DNA from: Mustelus asterias
Taxonomy: Eukaryota
Assembly (NCBI RefSeq): GCF_964213995.1
Contig: NW_027590192.1
Location: 558,001-622,000 of the forward strand
Direction of reading: 5' to 3'
DNA length: 64,000 nucleotides
The notes under the pieces are model-generated. The model was not told where the DNA came from. It made no database searches and saw only the letters and a list, made by a program, of their open reading frames with translations. Positions 39,160 through 52,019 of the stretch are shown piece by piece; within the stretch, counting starts at the first letter, position 1; every line of letters starts with the position of its first letter. Position numbers and translations under genes: made by a program.

Positions 39160-39860
39160 CCATCCATTTTGAATCAGCATCTACCATTATCAGGAACATA
39201 GACCCCATGAACGGTCCAGCACTGTCCATGTGCAGCCACATCTACGGCCGTCCTGGCCATTCCCAATTGTGAGAGCAGTGACTGGTGATAGTTCTGCCCT
39301 TGTTGATATTGGCAACACTGACCCACGGGCAAATATCTGTATCCGTACCTGGCCACCAGACATGTCAACTTGGAGGACCTTCAGTTTGCCACTCTTGGGT
39401 GGCCATGGTGAAGTTCAGCCAGGATGGGATGGTGAACCTGGCTCAGGATGACACACTTGAAACCCATAGGAGTGTGCCATCTTCCACAGTCAGCTGCACT
39501 CTGCCACTGCAATATGGGTGCAATTCAGCCTGCAACGGCCTTTTGGTTTCCCCCATCAGCACTAGCGGCTTCAATTCATTCAGGAATGGGTAATTTTGCC
39601 TCCACAGCAGAATATTATTGGCTGTCACTGGGAAAGTTTCAAAAAAGTTCATGATTACCGTCTCTTCCATTGGGGGTACGACAAGTGTCTGTTAATCGTA
39701 GCCAACTCAAGGCATCTGCCTTAGCGACTCGGCCTGCTGGAGGTTGTTCCAACCGATAATGGTAGGTGGACAGTAATAAAGCCCACAGCTGGATGTGGGT
39801 CGATGTTATGGGGCTGCCCCACCATGCAGGTACTTCTGGAATTTCTTCAAACTATCAACA
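39160..39860 (-). mobile_element. Gypsy/Ty3 pol relic (RNase H end to integrase)
   Basis: IQLWALLLSTYHY...ADALS and AGPFMGSMFLIMVDADSKW. Confidence 0.8.
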
Positions 39861-39864
39861 CAGA

Positions 39865-40150
39865 TGAGGTGTCACAGTGGTTAGCACTGCTGCCTCATAA
39901 CGCCAGAGACCTGGGTTCAATTCCTGGCTTGAGTCACTGTCTGTACGGAGTCTGCACATTCTCACCATATCTGCATGAATTTCCTCTGGTTGCTCTGGTT
40001 TCCTCCCACAGTCTGAAAGACGTGCTTGTTAGATGCATTGGTCATGCTAAATTCTCCCTCAGTGTACCCGAACAGGCACCAGAGGGTGACGATTAGCCGA
40101 TTTTCACAGTAACTTCATTACAGTGTTAATGTAAGCCTACATTTGATAGT
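39865..40150 (+). mobile_element. HE1-related SINE
   Basis: cagtggttagcactgctgcctca head plus the core. Confidence 0.75.
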
Positions 40151-40214
40151 TTATAAATGTCAAACTTCGGCTGAGTATGAATTGTTGAATATCTCTGAGA
40201 TTCATTATTAGGTC

Positions 40215-43182
40215 TACAAGTGTAGAGGCTGGGGACGAGCTTGGGGCTGGGACAAGGCTGGCAAAGAAGAAGAGCACTCTGGGGGAGGATGACCTCACTG
40301 GGCCTGGAGGTCTGGAGTGCTTATACTTCAATGCAAGGAGCGTAGCAGGTAAGACAGATGAACTTAGGGCCTTAATGCTCACGAGGAATTTGGATGTGGT
40401 TGCGGTGACAGAGAATTGGTTGAAAGAGGGACAGGACTGGCAGCTGAATATTCCGGGGTACAAGTGTTTTAGGCGAGACAGAGGAGGGGCCAAAAGAGGT
40501 GGGGGAGTAGCAGTATTAGTTGGAGAGCAGATTACAGTGGTGCAGAGGGAGGACAATTCAGAGGGGTCGTGTAACGAGTCACTCTGGGTGGAGCTTAGAA
40601 ACAGGAAGGGCGTAGTCACTATGTTGGGGGTGTACTACAGGCCCCCCAACAGCCCAAGGGAAGTGGAAGAACGGATATGTCAGGAGATACTGGATAGGTG
40701 CAGGAAAAATAGGGTTGTTGTAGTGGGAGACTTCAATTTCCCTGGTATAGACTGGAAATCGCTGAGAGCAGGGACTCTGAATGGGGAGGAATTTGTAAAA
40801 TGCGTACAGGAGGGTTCTTTGGAACAATATGTAGATAGCCCGACTAGAGAGGGGGCTATACTGGACCTCGTACTGGGGAATGAGCCCGGTCAGGTCTTCA
40901 AAGTTTCGGTAGGGGAACATGTGGCAAATAGTGACCACAATTCTGTTAGCTTTAGGATAGTGATGGAAAAGGATGAGTGGTGTCCCAAGGGTAAGGTGTT
41001 GGATTGGGGGAAGGCTAACTTTAGTGGGATTAGGCAGAAATTGGCAGCTGTTGATTGGGAGAGGCTGTTTGAGGGTAAATCCACATCTGGCATGTGGGAG
41101 TCTTTTAAGGAACAGTTGTTAGGGCTGCAGGACAGGCATGTGCCTGTAAAAAAGAAGGATAGGAAGGGTAGGATTCGAGAACCGTGAATACCCAGGGAAA
41201 TTGAGGGATTGGTCAAAAAGAAAAGAGAGGCGTATGGTAGGTCCAGGCAGCTAAAAACGGAGGGAGCTCTGGAGGAGTACAAAGAAAGTAGGAAAGAACT
41301 CAAACGGGGAATTAGAAGAGCAAAAAGGGGTCACGAAATGATCTTGGCAGAGAGGATTAAGGAGAATCCCAAGGCATTTTATTCATACGTTAGGAACAAA
41401 AGGGTTGTCAGGGAAAAAATCGGACCTCTCAGGGACTAAAGTGGGGAATTATGCTTGGAGCCCAAAGAAGTAGGGGAGATCTTAAATGAATACTTTGCGT
41501 CGGTATTCACAAAGGAGAGGGATGTGTTGACTGGGAGTGTCTCGGAGGGGAGTGTTGAACCGTTGGAAAAATTCTCCATTACAAAGGAGGAAGTGTTAGG
41601 TTTGTTAGAGAATTTAAAGACTGACAAATCCCCAGGGCCTGATGAAATCTATACAAGGCTGCTCAGGGAGACGAGAGATGAAATCGCTGGGTCTCTGACG
41701 CAAATCTTTGTCTCGTCACTGGACGCAGGTGAGGTCCCAGAGGATTGGAGGATAGCTAATGTGGTCCCGTTATTTAAGAAGGGTAGGAAGGATAACCCGG
41801 GTAATTATAGGCCGGTGAGCTTGACGTCCGTGGTGGGGAAGTTGTTGGAGAAGATTCTTAGAGATAGGATGTATGCGCATTTAGAAAGGAATAAACTCAT
41901 TAACGATAGTCAGCATGGTTTTGTGAGAGGGAGGTCATGCCTCACTAACCTGGTGGAGTTTTTTGAAGAAGTGACCAGAATGGTTGACGAGGGAAGGGCC
42001 GTGGATGTCGTCTATATGGACTTTAGTAAAGCGTTTGACAAAGTCCCTCATGGTAGGCTGGTGAAAAAGGTTGGATCTCATGGGATAAAGGGGGAGGTGG
42101 CTAGATGGGTGGAGAACTGGCTTGGTCACAGAAGACAGAGGATGGTAGTGGAAGGGTCTTTTTCCGGCTGGAGGCCTGTGACTAGTGGTGTTCCGAAGGG
42201 CTCTGTATTGGGACCTCTGCTGTTTGTGATTTATATAAATGATCTGGAAGAAGGTGTAACTGGGGTGATCAGTAAGTTTGCGGACGACACAAAATTGGCA
42301 GGACTTGCAGATAGTGAGGAGCATTGTCAGAAGCTACAGAAGGATAGAGATAGGCTGGAAATTTGGGGAAAGAAATGGCAGATGGAGTTCAATCCTGATA
42401 AATGCGAAGTGATGCATTTTGGTAGAAATAATGTAGGGAGGAGCTATATGATAAATGGCAGAACCATAAAGGGTGTAGATACGCAGAGGGACCTGGGTGT
42501 GCAAGTCCACAGATCCTTGAAAGTGACATCACAGGTGGAGAAGGCGGTGAAGAAGGCATATGGCATGCTTGCCTTTATAGGACGGGGCATAGAGTATAAA
42601 AGTTGGGGTCTGATGTTGCAGATGTATAGAACGTTGGTTCGGCCGCATCTGGAATACTGCGTCCAGTTCTGGTCGCCACACTACCAGAAGGACGTGGAGG
42701 CTTTGGAGAGAGTACAGAGGAGGTTTACCAGGATGTTACCTGGTATGGAGGGGCTTAGTTATGAGGAGAGATTGGGTAAACTGGGGTTGTTCTCCCTGGA
42801 AAGACAGAGGATAAGGGGAGACTTAATAGAGGTGTATAAAATTATGAAAGGCATAGACAGGGTGAACGGTGGGAAGCTTTTTCCCAGGTCGGTGGTGACG
42901 TTCACAAGGGGTCATAGGTTCAAGGTGAAGGAGGGGAGGTTTAACACAGATATCAGACGGACATATTTTACACAGAGGGTGGTGGGGGCCTGGAATGCGC
43001 TGCCAGGCAAGGTGGTGGAGGCGGACACACTGGGAACGTTTAAGACTTATCTAGATATCCATATGAATGGAGTGGGAATGGAGGGATACAAAAGAATGGT
43101 CTAGTTTGGACCAGGGAGCGGCGCGGGTTTGGAGGGCCGAAGGGCCTGTTCCTGTGCTGTATTGTTCTTTGTTCTTTGTTCT
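40215..43182 (+). mobile_element. CR1 LINE with nearly complete ORF2 (APE endonuclease + RT), two in-frame stops
   Basis: ORFs at 40375, 41209 and 41455 share one frame; stops at 41185-41187 and 41437-41439; GDFN, SDHN and FADD motifs; (TTCTTTG)n tail. Confidence 0.95.
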
Positions 43183-43849
43183 TAATCCTCATCTAGCTGT
43201 TAATGTAAGTGAACGTGAATAAGCTCCTAATTGGAAAAAAAGAATCCTCCAGCCAAATTTGAGGTTAAGTCCTCGATCAGAGGGATTGGGTATTTATCCA
43301 GCTGTGAGAAACAGTTTAACGTTTCTTTAAAATTTCCCAGTACAAAGTATTTTTATTCACTCTTCGGACTTGGGTGTCACTGGCCGGCCAGCATTTATTG
43401 CCCATCCCTAATTGCCCATGTTCAGAGGGCAATTAAGTGTCAACCACTTGGAGTCACATTTAGTCCTGACCACGTAAGGACGACAGATTTCCTTCCCTGG
43501 GACATTGGTGAACCAGATGTGTTTTTCTGAAAATCGACAATGCTTTTATGGTCACCAAAGGATTCTGAATTCCAGATATATGTATTCAAATTCCACCATC
43601 TGCTGTGATGGGATTGGGACCCGGGTACCCCGAACATTAGCTGCGTTTCTGTATTAATAGTCTCGTGATAAAACTACCAGTCCATCGCAACCACCCCCTG
43701 AGTGTACACACCCAGAGTTCCGGTAACCAAGACACGCCATAGTATATACGATTGCAGGGCTCCCGGATTGGACAGCATTAACTGCCTCAATCAGAGAGCT
43801 CATATTCCAGTACGTCCACCTGATGGTTATTGTTAAAATCATTAAGTAT

Positions 43850-44540
43850 GTCTCTCTCTCTCTCTCTTTCTGTCTTTCTGTGCATCCCTCTCTCTGTATC
43901 TCTCTCTCTCTGTCTCTCTCTCTGCCTGTTTCTCTGTGTCTCTTCCTGTCTCTCTGCATCTCCCTCATTCACCTTCTCTCTATACTCTTCCTCTGTGTCT
44001 CCGCCCCCCTCTCAGTCTCACTCTCCTTCTCCCTCTCCTTCTCTGTCCCCCTTTTCTTATTTCTCTGTCTTTCTCTCTCTCTACCTCGCTCTGTCTTTTG
44101 CTAGTGCTGTGTCCATTGTATTCATTCAGTCTCACTGTTTCAAATTCGCTGACGCTTCCTGTCTCTGTATCTGTTTCTCTCTGCCTCCCTTTCTGTCTCC
44201 CTTTCCGTCTTTGTCTCCCTCTCTCATTACATCCTCCCATCTGTCTCCCTCTGTCTCCCTTTCTCATTCCCATCTCCCTCCCCATTTCCCCCAATTTCTA
44301 TCCCTGTTTTTCTCGCTCTGTGAGAGTCCCTATCTGTCTCTGTCCTTTCTCCCTGTCTCTGTCTCTCTCTCTCGCTCTTTCTGTTTCTTTCCCTGTATCT
44401 GTTAGAAACTCTTTCAAACTCTGTCACGCTCCATGTATTTATGCCCTTCTCTCTCTTTGTCAATCTCCGTCTTTCTATCACTCTCACTGTTGCTCTCACT
44501 GCCCTCTCTCTCTTTATCTGTCACTCTTTCTGTCTCTGTG
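43850..44540. repeat. CT-rich low-complexity region
   Basis: Degenerate (TC)n/(TCTG)n. Confidence 0.9.
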
Positions 44541-45639
44541 AGGCTGTTCATTATTTCTAGTTTGAATGTCCAACAGGAAGAGTCAGGGGTCTTGTGGTTG
44601 TAGTTTCCTGTCAGGGTTTAATGAGTTGAAGAATTGCAGTAAGGGGATATTTTAGCAGATTTTTCAGCTGCTGTCTGAAGTGAGTCTGTGTCACAGCATA
44701 AATGGCAGTGTTTGTACAGCAACTTGTGAGTTGCAGCATGAAACCCAATTCCATAACAAAATAATGTAAATATACCGACTGATAGCCCAACTCATACATC
44801 CGACGCCATATTGAATATACCATTAATGTCGACCATAAGAGGATGAAATTGGCTGAGATAACAAACAGTAAAATGATGGAATTCCTGCGACTCTCCATCT
44901 CTGGGTCTCTGGGATTCTCCCCACTGCTGTGAGCCCGGAGTCTCCTGCGGGCTCTGCTGCTCACTAAAATGTGTCTGACGGTGAAAGCATTGAGCAGCAG
45001 AATCAGGACGAATGGGACAGTCGGGGTTAGAATGTGGTGGAGGAACTTGATTGTTCCCCAGACCGGAGAGAACGCAACATCCAATGTGACCAAACAAAAC
45101 CAGGGTTGGTTCCCCAGCAGATATATATCTAATAACATAAAATACCAGAAAATGTTCTTTAAGCAGCTCAGCACCGTCACTGTTCCCAGAACCACAGCCG
45201 CCGATTTCTCACTGCAATATTTACTTTTCAGCTTGGGGCAGCAAATGGCCACAAATCGATCAAAGGTGAAAGTGACGGTGAACCAGACAGAACAGTCAGT
45301 GGCTGCATAAAGCAGGACGGCGTGGATGTTACACACGGGGAGCTACAGCAGGAAATTAAACAGTTCCCAATAAAGAACGGGAATGTGTCTCAATATCAGG
45401 TCGAGGATAATGACCAGCAGATCCCCCACTGACATGGCCACCAGGTAACGGGTGACACATTTGGACAGACCACAGTTTCTGCTCGTCAGGGTCACAATTG
45501 TGATTATGTTCACTGTCAGGAAGGAAATTAAGAATAAAATTAGATATGATTCAGGGAAAGAAATAGCCATTTAGACTGAGGTCGGGTTAAAATAAAAATA
45601 TACACACACAGAAAAATTAAATCTATTTTTTTAAATCCA

Positions 45640-45805
45640 GCACGTCTTTTGCTTTGTGAGAGGAAAGTGGAGCATCCGGAGGAAACCCACGCGGACGCTG
45701 GGAGAAGGTCCAAACTCCACACAGACAGTGACCCGAGACTGGAATTGAACCCAGGTCCCTGATGCTGTGAGTCAGCAGTGCTAACCACTGTGTCACCTTG
45801 CTGCT
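45640..45805 (-). mobile_element. HE1-related SINE head
   Basis: Reverse complement of cagtggttagcactgctg...ggtttcctccgg. Confidence 0.75.
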
Positions 45806-46409
45806 CCATGGTAGCGACACAATGGTACATATTTGGGAGAGAGTTTTCCGGAGAGTCCTCAATATTGTCCCTCACTCAGCTACAGCTAAATAACCACTCT
45901 ACCTTGTGGGAGATTTGGAGAGTAAGAAGACTGAGGGAGTAAAACCTGACAGAAAATCAGGAGTGGAGTCCTGTCGGTGGTTATCTGTCGTCTCTCAGAC
46001 AGCTTACTGACAACCTCTGCAGCAGAGCTGGTACCAAACAGTACTGGCTTCACCCTTGCCTCTGGACAATACTAAAAGTTGGCAGAGGGAGATCCTGATG
46101 CCTCAACAGCTCCGACTCTATTATACTTACACAGGACTGTACCCTGGAGAGGAGGCCACAGCATTGTGGCCACCGGAAGCACAACACAGGAAGAAACAGT
46201 CATCTCACACAGAACACAAGTAGCAGGGTTTGCTTTGAACAATGGGAGAAAACTTCAGGGTTCAGTGAATAGCTACCGTCGAGAGTGCCCAGTGTGTTTT
46301 CTGCTCTCCCACTATGGCCTACTGGACCACTGAAGCTTAGTGAGTCATCTCGCAGCAGGAACGTTGCTAATCTATGCAGGAAGTAAGAAAAACTTAAACC
46401 AAGGCCGAT

Positions 46410-47150
46410 ACCAAAGAAAAGCCAAGCAGCCTGCCTTAATGACTATCGTCCGGTGACTCTAACATTCAATATTATGAAATGCATCAGAGATTAGTCATGG
46501 AATAAATCAAATCCAGCCTCCCAGATTGCCTGGATCCACTATAGTTCACCTACTGCCACAACAGGTCCACAGACGCCATCTCCCTGGCCCTACAGTGAAC
46601 CCTGGAACACAGACTCGTGTTTATTGACTTCAGCTCAGCCTTTTTCATCATTATTCCTGCGAAACTCATGTCCAAATTCCGTGTCCTGGGGTTCGGCTCC
46701 TGCCCCTGCAATTTGATCCGGAACTTCCTGACACGCAGACAGCAATAAATCAGGACAGTCAACAACACCTCCTCCACAATCATCCTCAACAGCGGTGCCC
46801 CACAAGGCTGTGCCCTCAGCCCCTTACTAGACTCCTTATACGCCGATGACTGTGTGGCCAAATTCCCCTCCAACTCGATTTCCAAGTTTGCTGATGACAC
46901 CAGTGGGTCTGATCTCAAACAACAATGAGTTCGAGGACAGGGAAGAGCTAGAGAATCTGGTGAACTGGTGCGACCACAATAATCTCTTCCTGAATGCCAA
47001 CAAAGCAAAGGAGATAGTCATCGACTTCAGGAAGCAGAGTGAAGTACATGCCCCTGTCTAAACATTGGGATGAAGTTGAAATGGTCGAGAGCATCAAGTT
47101 TGTATGGGTCCAGATCACCAACAACCTGTCCTGGTCCCTCCATGACGATC
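46410..47150 (+). mobile_element. Rex1/Babar LINE RT fragment
   Basis: [20 protein letters not shown] and KFADD motifs. Confidence 0.8.
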
Positions 47151-47254
47151 CAGATAGTCTGGGGCCGCAGCTCTTCGCGAGCAGCCCCCGACCGGATATA
47201 GGGCCCCCGCTTCGCCATATCCCGGACCAATCATCTACTCTTCCCCCACACCAA

Positions 47255-48215
47255 TTACATGCAGACAGGCAGCGAGACCCCCTCCCTACCCCACTGTGCA
47301 TGCAGAGAGGCAGCGAGATCCCGCTCCCTAACCTACTGTGCATGCAGACGCAGCAACACCCCCTTCCTACCCCACTGTGCAGCAGAGAAGCAGCGAGGCT
47401 CCCCTCCCTAACCCACTGTGCATTCACAGAGGCAGCGTGAACCCCCGTCCTACCCCACTGTGCATGCAGAGAGGCAGCGAAACCCCCTCCCTACCCCACT
47501 GTGTATGCAGAGAGGCAGCAGACCCTCCCCCTACACCACTTTGCATGCAGAGAGGCAGCGATGCCCCCTCCCTACGCCACTGTGCATACAGAGAGGCAGC
47601 GAGGCCCTCTCCCTACCCCACTGTGCATGAAGAGAGGCAGCGAGGCCCCCTCCCTACGCCACTGTGCATACAGAGAGGCAGCGAGGCCCTCTCCCTACCC
47701 CACTGTGCATGAAGAGAGGCAGCGAGACCCCCTCCCTACCCCACTGTGCATGCAGAGAGGCAGCGAGACCGCCTCCATAACCCACTGTGCATGCAGAGAG
47801 GCAGCGAGACCCCCTCCCTGCCCCACTGTGGATGCAGAGAGGCAGCGAGACCCCCTCCCCACCCCACTGTGCATGCAGAGAGGCAGAGAGACCCCCTCCC
47901 TATCCCACTGTGCATGCAGAGAGGCAGCGAGGAACCCTCCCTGCCCCACTGTGTATGCAGAGAGGCAGCGAGACCCCCTCCCCACCCCACTGTGCATGCA
48001 GAGAGGCAGCGAGACCCCCTCCCTACACCACTGTGCATGTAGAGAGGCAGAGGGACACCCTCCCTACACAGCTGTGCATGTAGAGAGGAAGCACGCCCAC
48101 CCTCCCTACCTCACTGTGCATGCAGAGAGACTGAGGGACACCCTCCCTAACCCACTGTGCATGCGGCGAGGCAGCGAGACCCCATCCCTGCCTCACCGAT
48201 CGTGTGCAGAGCGGC
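47255..48215 (+). repeat. ~41-bp minisatellite, ~23 copies
   Basis: Unit ccccctccctaccccactgtgcatgcagagaggcagcgaga. Confidence 0.9.
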
Positions 48216-48939
48216 TGGAGGACCCGCTACACTCACCAATCTCGTGCAGAGCAGCAGTGGGGGTGCGCTCCCGACTCCACCAATCACATGCAGCGTGGCA
48301 TTGGGCCACTCTCCTGAATGGATCAGCCCGCCCCCCAAGGGCCCATCTGCCTGCAGGACCTGCCCCTTCAACTCCCACCCCTGCAGGTCCCGCTCCTGCA
48401 CGCCATGGCCCGCAGGCCCCACTATCTTCAGGCTCCGCTCTGTAGACCCTGCCACCTCAGGCCCCACCCTCTGGTACTGCCCGGTGGGCATTGCCCAAGG
48501 GGAACCTTCCTTTGCCCTCGACCTTGCCCGGTGTCCTCAATGGCCTTCGCTTCAACCAGCGAGGCCATCACAACTCGTCCTCATACATGTGGCCAGCTCT
48601 TTTCCTCACCGGACACAACTTCTCCGGGTGAGGCTGCAAAGGTAAGCGTGCCCGGACGATTACATCCCAGGCTCGCTAATTTTAATTAAATTTGTTTTAA
48701 AATAAATTTCAATTATTTATTCAGCCTCTTGCCAGAAATGGGCAGGAGACTCAATCCGCCGCATTTCCGTTGCGGGTGAAGGTTGCAAGAGGCGAGAAAT
48801 GGGGCCTGGAACTGAGTTCTCGGCTGTTACGCCATCAATGGGCAGGCAGTAGTGGTTATCCTGCCCCCTACTGTGTGTGTGTTGCGTGTGTCTATATTGT
48901 CTGTACCAGTATGCATGTGTGTTTGTGTGTGAGCAACAG

Positions 48940-49552
48940 TTTATTGGTAGGGGGATTGAATTTAGGAGTCGTGGCGTTATGTTGCAACTGTACACAACTC
49001 TGGTGCGGCCGCACTTGGAGTACTGTGTGCAGTTCTGGTCCCCACATTACAGGAAGGATGTGGAGGCTTTGGAGAGGGTGCAGAGGAGGTTTACCAGGAT
49101 GTTGCCTGGTATGGAGGGGAGATCCTATGAGGAGAGGCTGAGGGATTTGGGATTGTTTTCGCTGGAAAGGCGGCGGCTAAGAGGGGATCTTATTGAAACA
49201 TATAAGATGATTAGAGGTTTAGATAGGGTGGATAGTGATAGCCTTTTTCCTCTGATGGAGAAATCCAGCACGAGGGGGCATGGCTTTAAATTGAGGGGGG
49301 GTAGTTATAGAACCGATGTCAGGGGTAGGTTCTTTACCCAGAGGGTGGTGAGGGATTGGAATGCCCTGCCAGCATCAGTAGTAAATGCGCCTAGTTTGGG
49401 GGCGTTTAAGAGATCCGTAGATAGGTTCATGGACGAAAAGAAATTGGTTTAGGTTGGAGGGTCACAGTTTTTTTTTAACTGGTCGGTGCAACATCGTGGG
49501 CCGAAGGGCCTGTTCTGCGCTGTAATGTTCTATGTTCTATGTTCTATGTTCT
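48940..49552 (+). mobile_element. CR1 LINE 3' end
   Basis: ORF 48877..49452 and (ttctatg)n tail. Confidence 0.9.
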
Positions 49553-49729
49553 ACCTGACGCGTATTCCTAAGTGTGCGTTATTCTGGAGTGTTACAGCAA
49601 TTTTGCTTCTTGAATTTGTGTGTGTGCGAGTAAGTGTCTAATCTGATTGCTTCTATCAGTAACTGTCTGTATTAATATATGTGCGTTTGAGTATGTCTGT
49701 GTGTTCGTGTTCCTGTGGCTCTGGGAGAG

Positions 49730-50030
49730 TTTGTGATGGTACAAGGGATAGCGTTGTTGCCTCATAGCACTAGGGGCCCTGGATCAATTCCAGTCTTGGC
49801 TGCTGTCTGTGCAGTCTGCACGTTCTCCCTGTGTCTGCGTGAGCTTCCTCCAGGTGCTCCGATTTCCCCCCACTCTCTGAACGTTGTGCTGGTTAGGTGC
49901 ATTGGCCATGCTAAATTCTCCCTCAGTGTACCTGAGCAGGCGCTGGAGTGTGGCGACTCCGGGATTTTTATAGGTAAATTCATTGCAATGTTAATGTTCG
50001 CATACTTGTGACACTGATGCATAAATTTCA
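49730..50030 (+). mobile_element. HE1-related SINE
   Basis: Same family as 39865-40150. Confidence 0.7.
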
Positions 50031-51109
50031 ACTTTTATGAAATATGTTCTCTCTCTGTGGGATCCTGCTGTGCATATATGACCAATAAAATTGATGCTGT
50101 GGCGTGGTGATTTGGTGGGTGAACTGGTGTTATATGCAGAGGGTAAAAATGATTCTGTCTCAATCTTTTACTCACGATGGAATAGCGTTTGAGGTCACAT
50201 GTCTATGGAAAGTCACAGCACACAGAAGACATCCAAGCCCATAGGCCCTCAGACAATTGTCAGTGGCTGAAAGAATTAATAACCGGAGACAGAGATTCAA
50301 CAGAAACAAGAAGAGCAGCAAGCCGAGTACAGTAAATGTCAAGGAAATCAATACAGTTAAACAGCCTTTCTAGAATTAGGAGCTGGACACAGGGGACGGG
50401 ACTTTACAGCCTCACTCTTCCCAAAGCTGCAAAATCCCACCCGTGTTCAACAATCCTCCCCATGCTCCGACCCTCACCTGCTCCGATTCCCGTGGCGGCC
50501 GAGCCGTTACAATTCCAGCCAGGGACTTACCCGGAACTCCGACAATGGCCAGGAGGGGATAGTAAATGCATTGAATCGCCTTCAGTAGATATTCAATCCG
50601 ATGAGCTGATGTTATCCACAAATAATCTGCAGTAAACCAAGAAATCCAATAGAATAAACTCCTATCCTTGGTTGGAACATTCCAATCCATTGTTCCCTGA
50701 TTCTGATCCATTGTTGAAACATTCCAATCCATTGTTCCCAGATTCTGATCTCTCCTCTCCCTCCCTCTCTCTCCACAGTCGCTGATCTCTGTTAGTGCCG
50801 GAGTTGTCGCTCCCGCTGCCTCAATGGGACAACACATTGAACGGAATCCCTTATTAATAGAAGAGGGAAATCCCCCCAGACACACTAATCGGATCCATGG
50901 AGACTCACATCAATTACAGTCACTAAACAAACAGCTTCACTTAACCCCCTTCAATCCAACACTTTTTATACCCAAAGTAGAAAATTTACAGCCTAAATGG
51001 GATGTCGCGGGTCAGGGAGTTATGGAAAGTTGGAAATAATGGAGGGTCGGACCGTAAATCTTTCAGTATTCATTCTATGTAACAGAGCTCCCTCTGCTCG
51101 CGTTCATTT

Positions 51110-51860
51110 TGAGATGACTAGAATATAAAAGCAGGGGTATACTGCTGAGGTTTAATAAGACTCTGTTCAGACCACATTCAGAATATTGTCAGCAATTTTA
51201 GGCCCCGTATCTAAGGAAGGATGTGCTGGATTTGGAGAGGGTCCAGAAGAGGTTCACAAGAATGATCCGGGAATGAAAGACTTAACGCATGAGGAGCATC
51301 TGAGGACTTTGGGTCTATACTCGATGGAGTTTGGAAGGATGAGGAGGGGGATACCACTGGAACTTACAGAATAATGAAAGGCCTGGATAGAGTATACTTG
51401 GGGCTGATATTTCATTAGTAGGAGAGGCACAACCTCAGAGGAAACGGATGACCCTTTAGAACTGGGATGTGGACCTGCCGGCGTTGGACTGGGGTGGGCA
51501 CAGTAAGCAGTCTCACAGCACCAGTTGTCCACACACCTGATGAAGGAGCAGCCTTTCGAAAGCTCGTGGGACTTTAACCTGCTGTTGTGAGACTTCTTAC
51601 ATTCGGACTTTGACGAGGAGGAATTTCTTCAGCCAGAGACTGGCGAATATGTGGAATTAATTGTCACACAAGGCTGTGGAGGCCAGGTCACTGAGTGTAT
51701 TTAAGAAAGAGATATCTAGGTTCTCAACTGGTAAAGGGCTCTAGGGTTACAGGGAAAAAGCGGGAGAATGCGTTTGAGAAACTTATCAGCCAGAATTGAA
51801 TAGTGGAACAGGCTCAATGGGCCTAATGGCCTAATTCTGTTCCTATATTTTATTGTCTTA
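51110..51860 (+). mobile_element. Degraded CR1 3' end with nested Penelope-like fragment (~51470-51600)
   Basis: CR1 C-terminal motifs; inverted gtctcacagcacc / gtgagacttcttac arms. Confidence 0.75.
51534..51568 (+). ncRNA. Minimal type I hammerhead ribozyme motif
   Basis: CAC-CUGAUGA-A-stem II-GAAA-GC-UC-GUG; catalytic core intact, stem II weakened. Confidence 0.55.
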
Positions 51861-52019
51861 CGGGTATCATGGATGTGGCTTTTAGATGAGGTTAAAGTTA
51901 ATCAGGGTTGATATAGTCTGCTAAATCCAGGCTGTAGCCGATCTTATGTACAGCTTATGTACAGAACAACCTGAGTAAGGGACTTCACACAGATCAATCT
52001 CTCAGTGTTATGTGCAGTA

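Larger units (their letters stand above)
44611..50732 (-). pseudogene. Two-exon class A GPCR, GPR139/GPR142-like; exon 1 50531-50732, exon 2 44611-45512; one premature TAG at 45343-45345
   Basis: YYPLLAIVGVP|VN joined across a phase-1 GT-AG intron; YLVAMSVGDLL, SVWFTVTFTFDRFVAIC and CCTNTAIY motifs; frame continues through the stop. Confidence 0.85.

Noticed and set aside
43823-44541. Ser/Leu-rich and Arg/Glu-rich ORFs
   Set aside because: Translations of a CT microsatellite region.
47255-48215. CRISPR-like regular repeats and long ORFs in several frames
   Set aside because: The units are contiguous with no unique spacers, there are no cas genes, and the context is eukaryotic; the ORFs arise from a stop-poor minisatellite.
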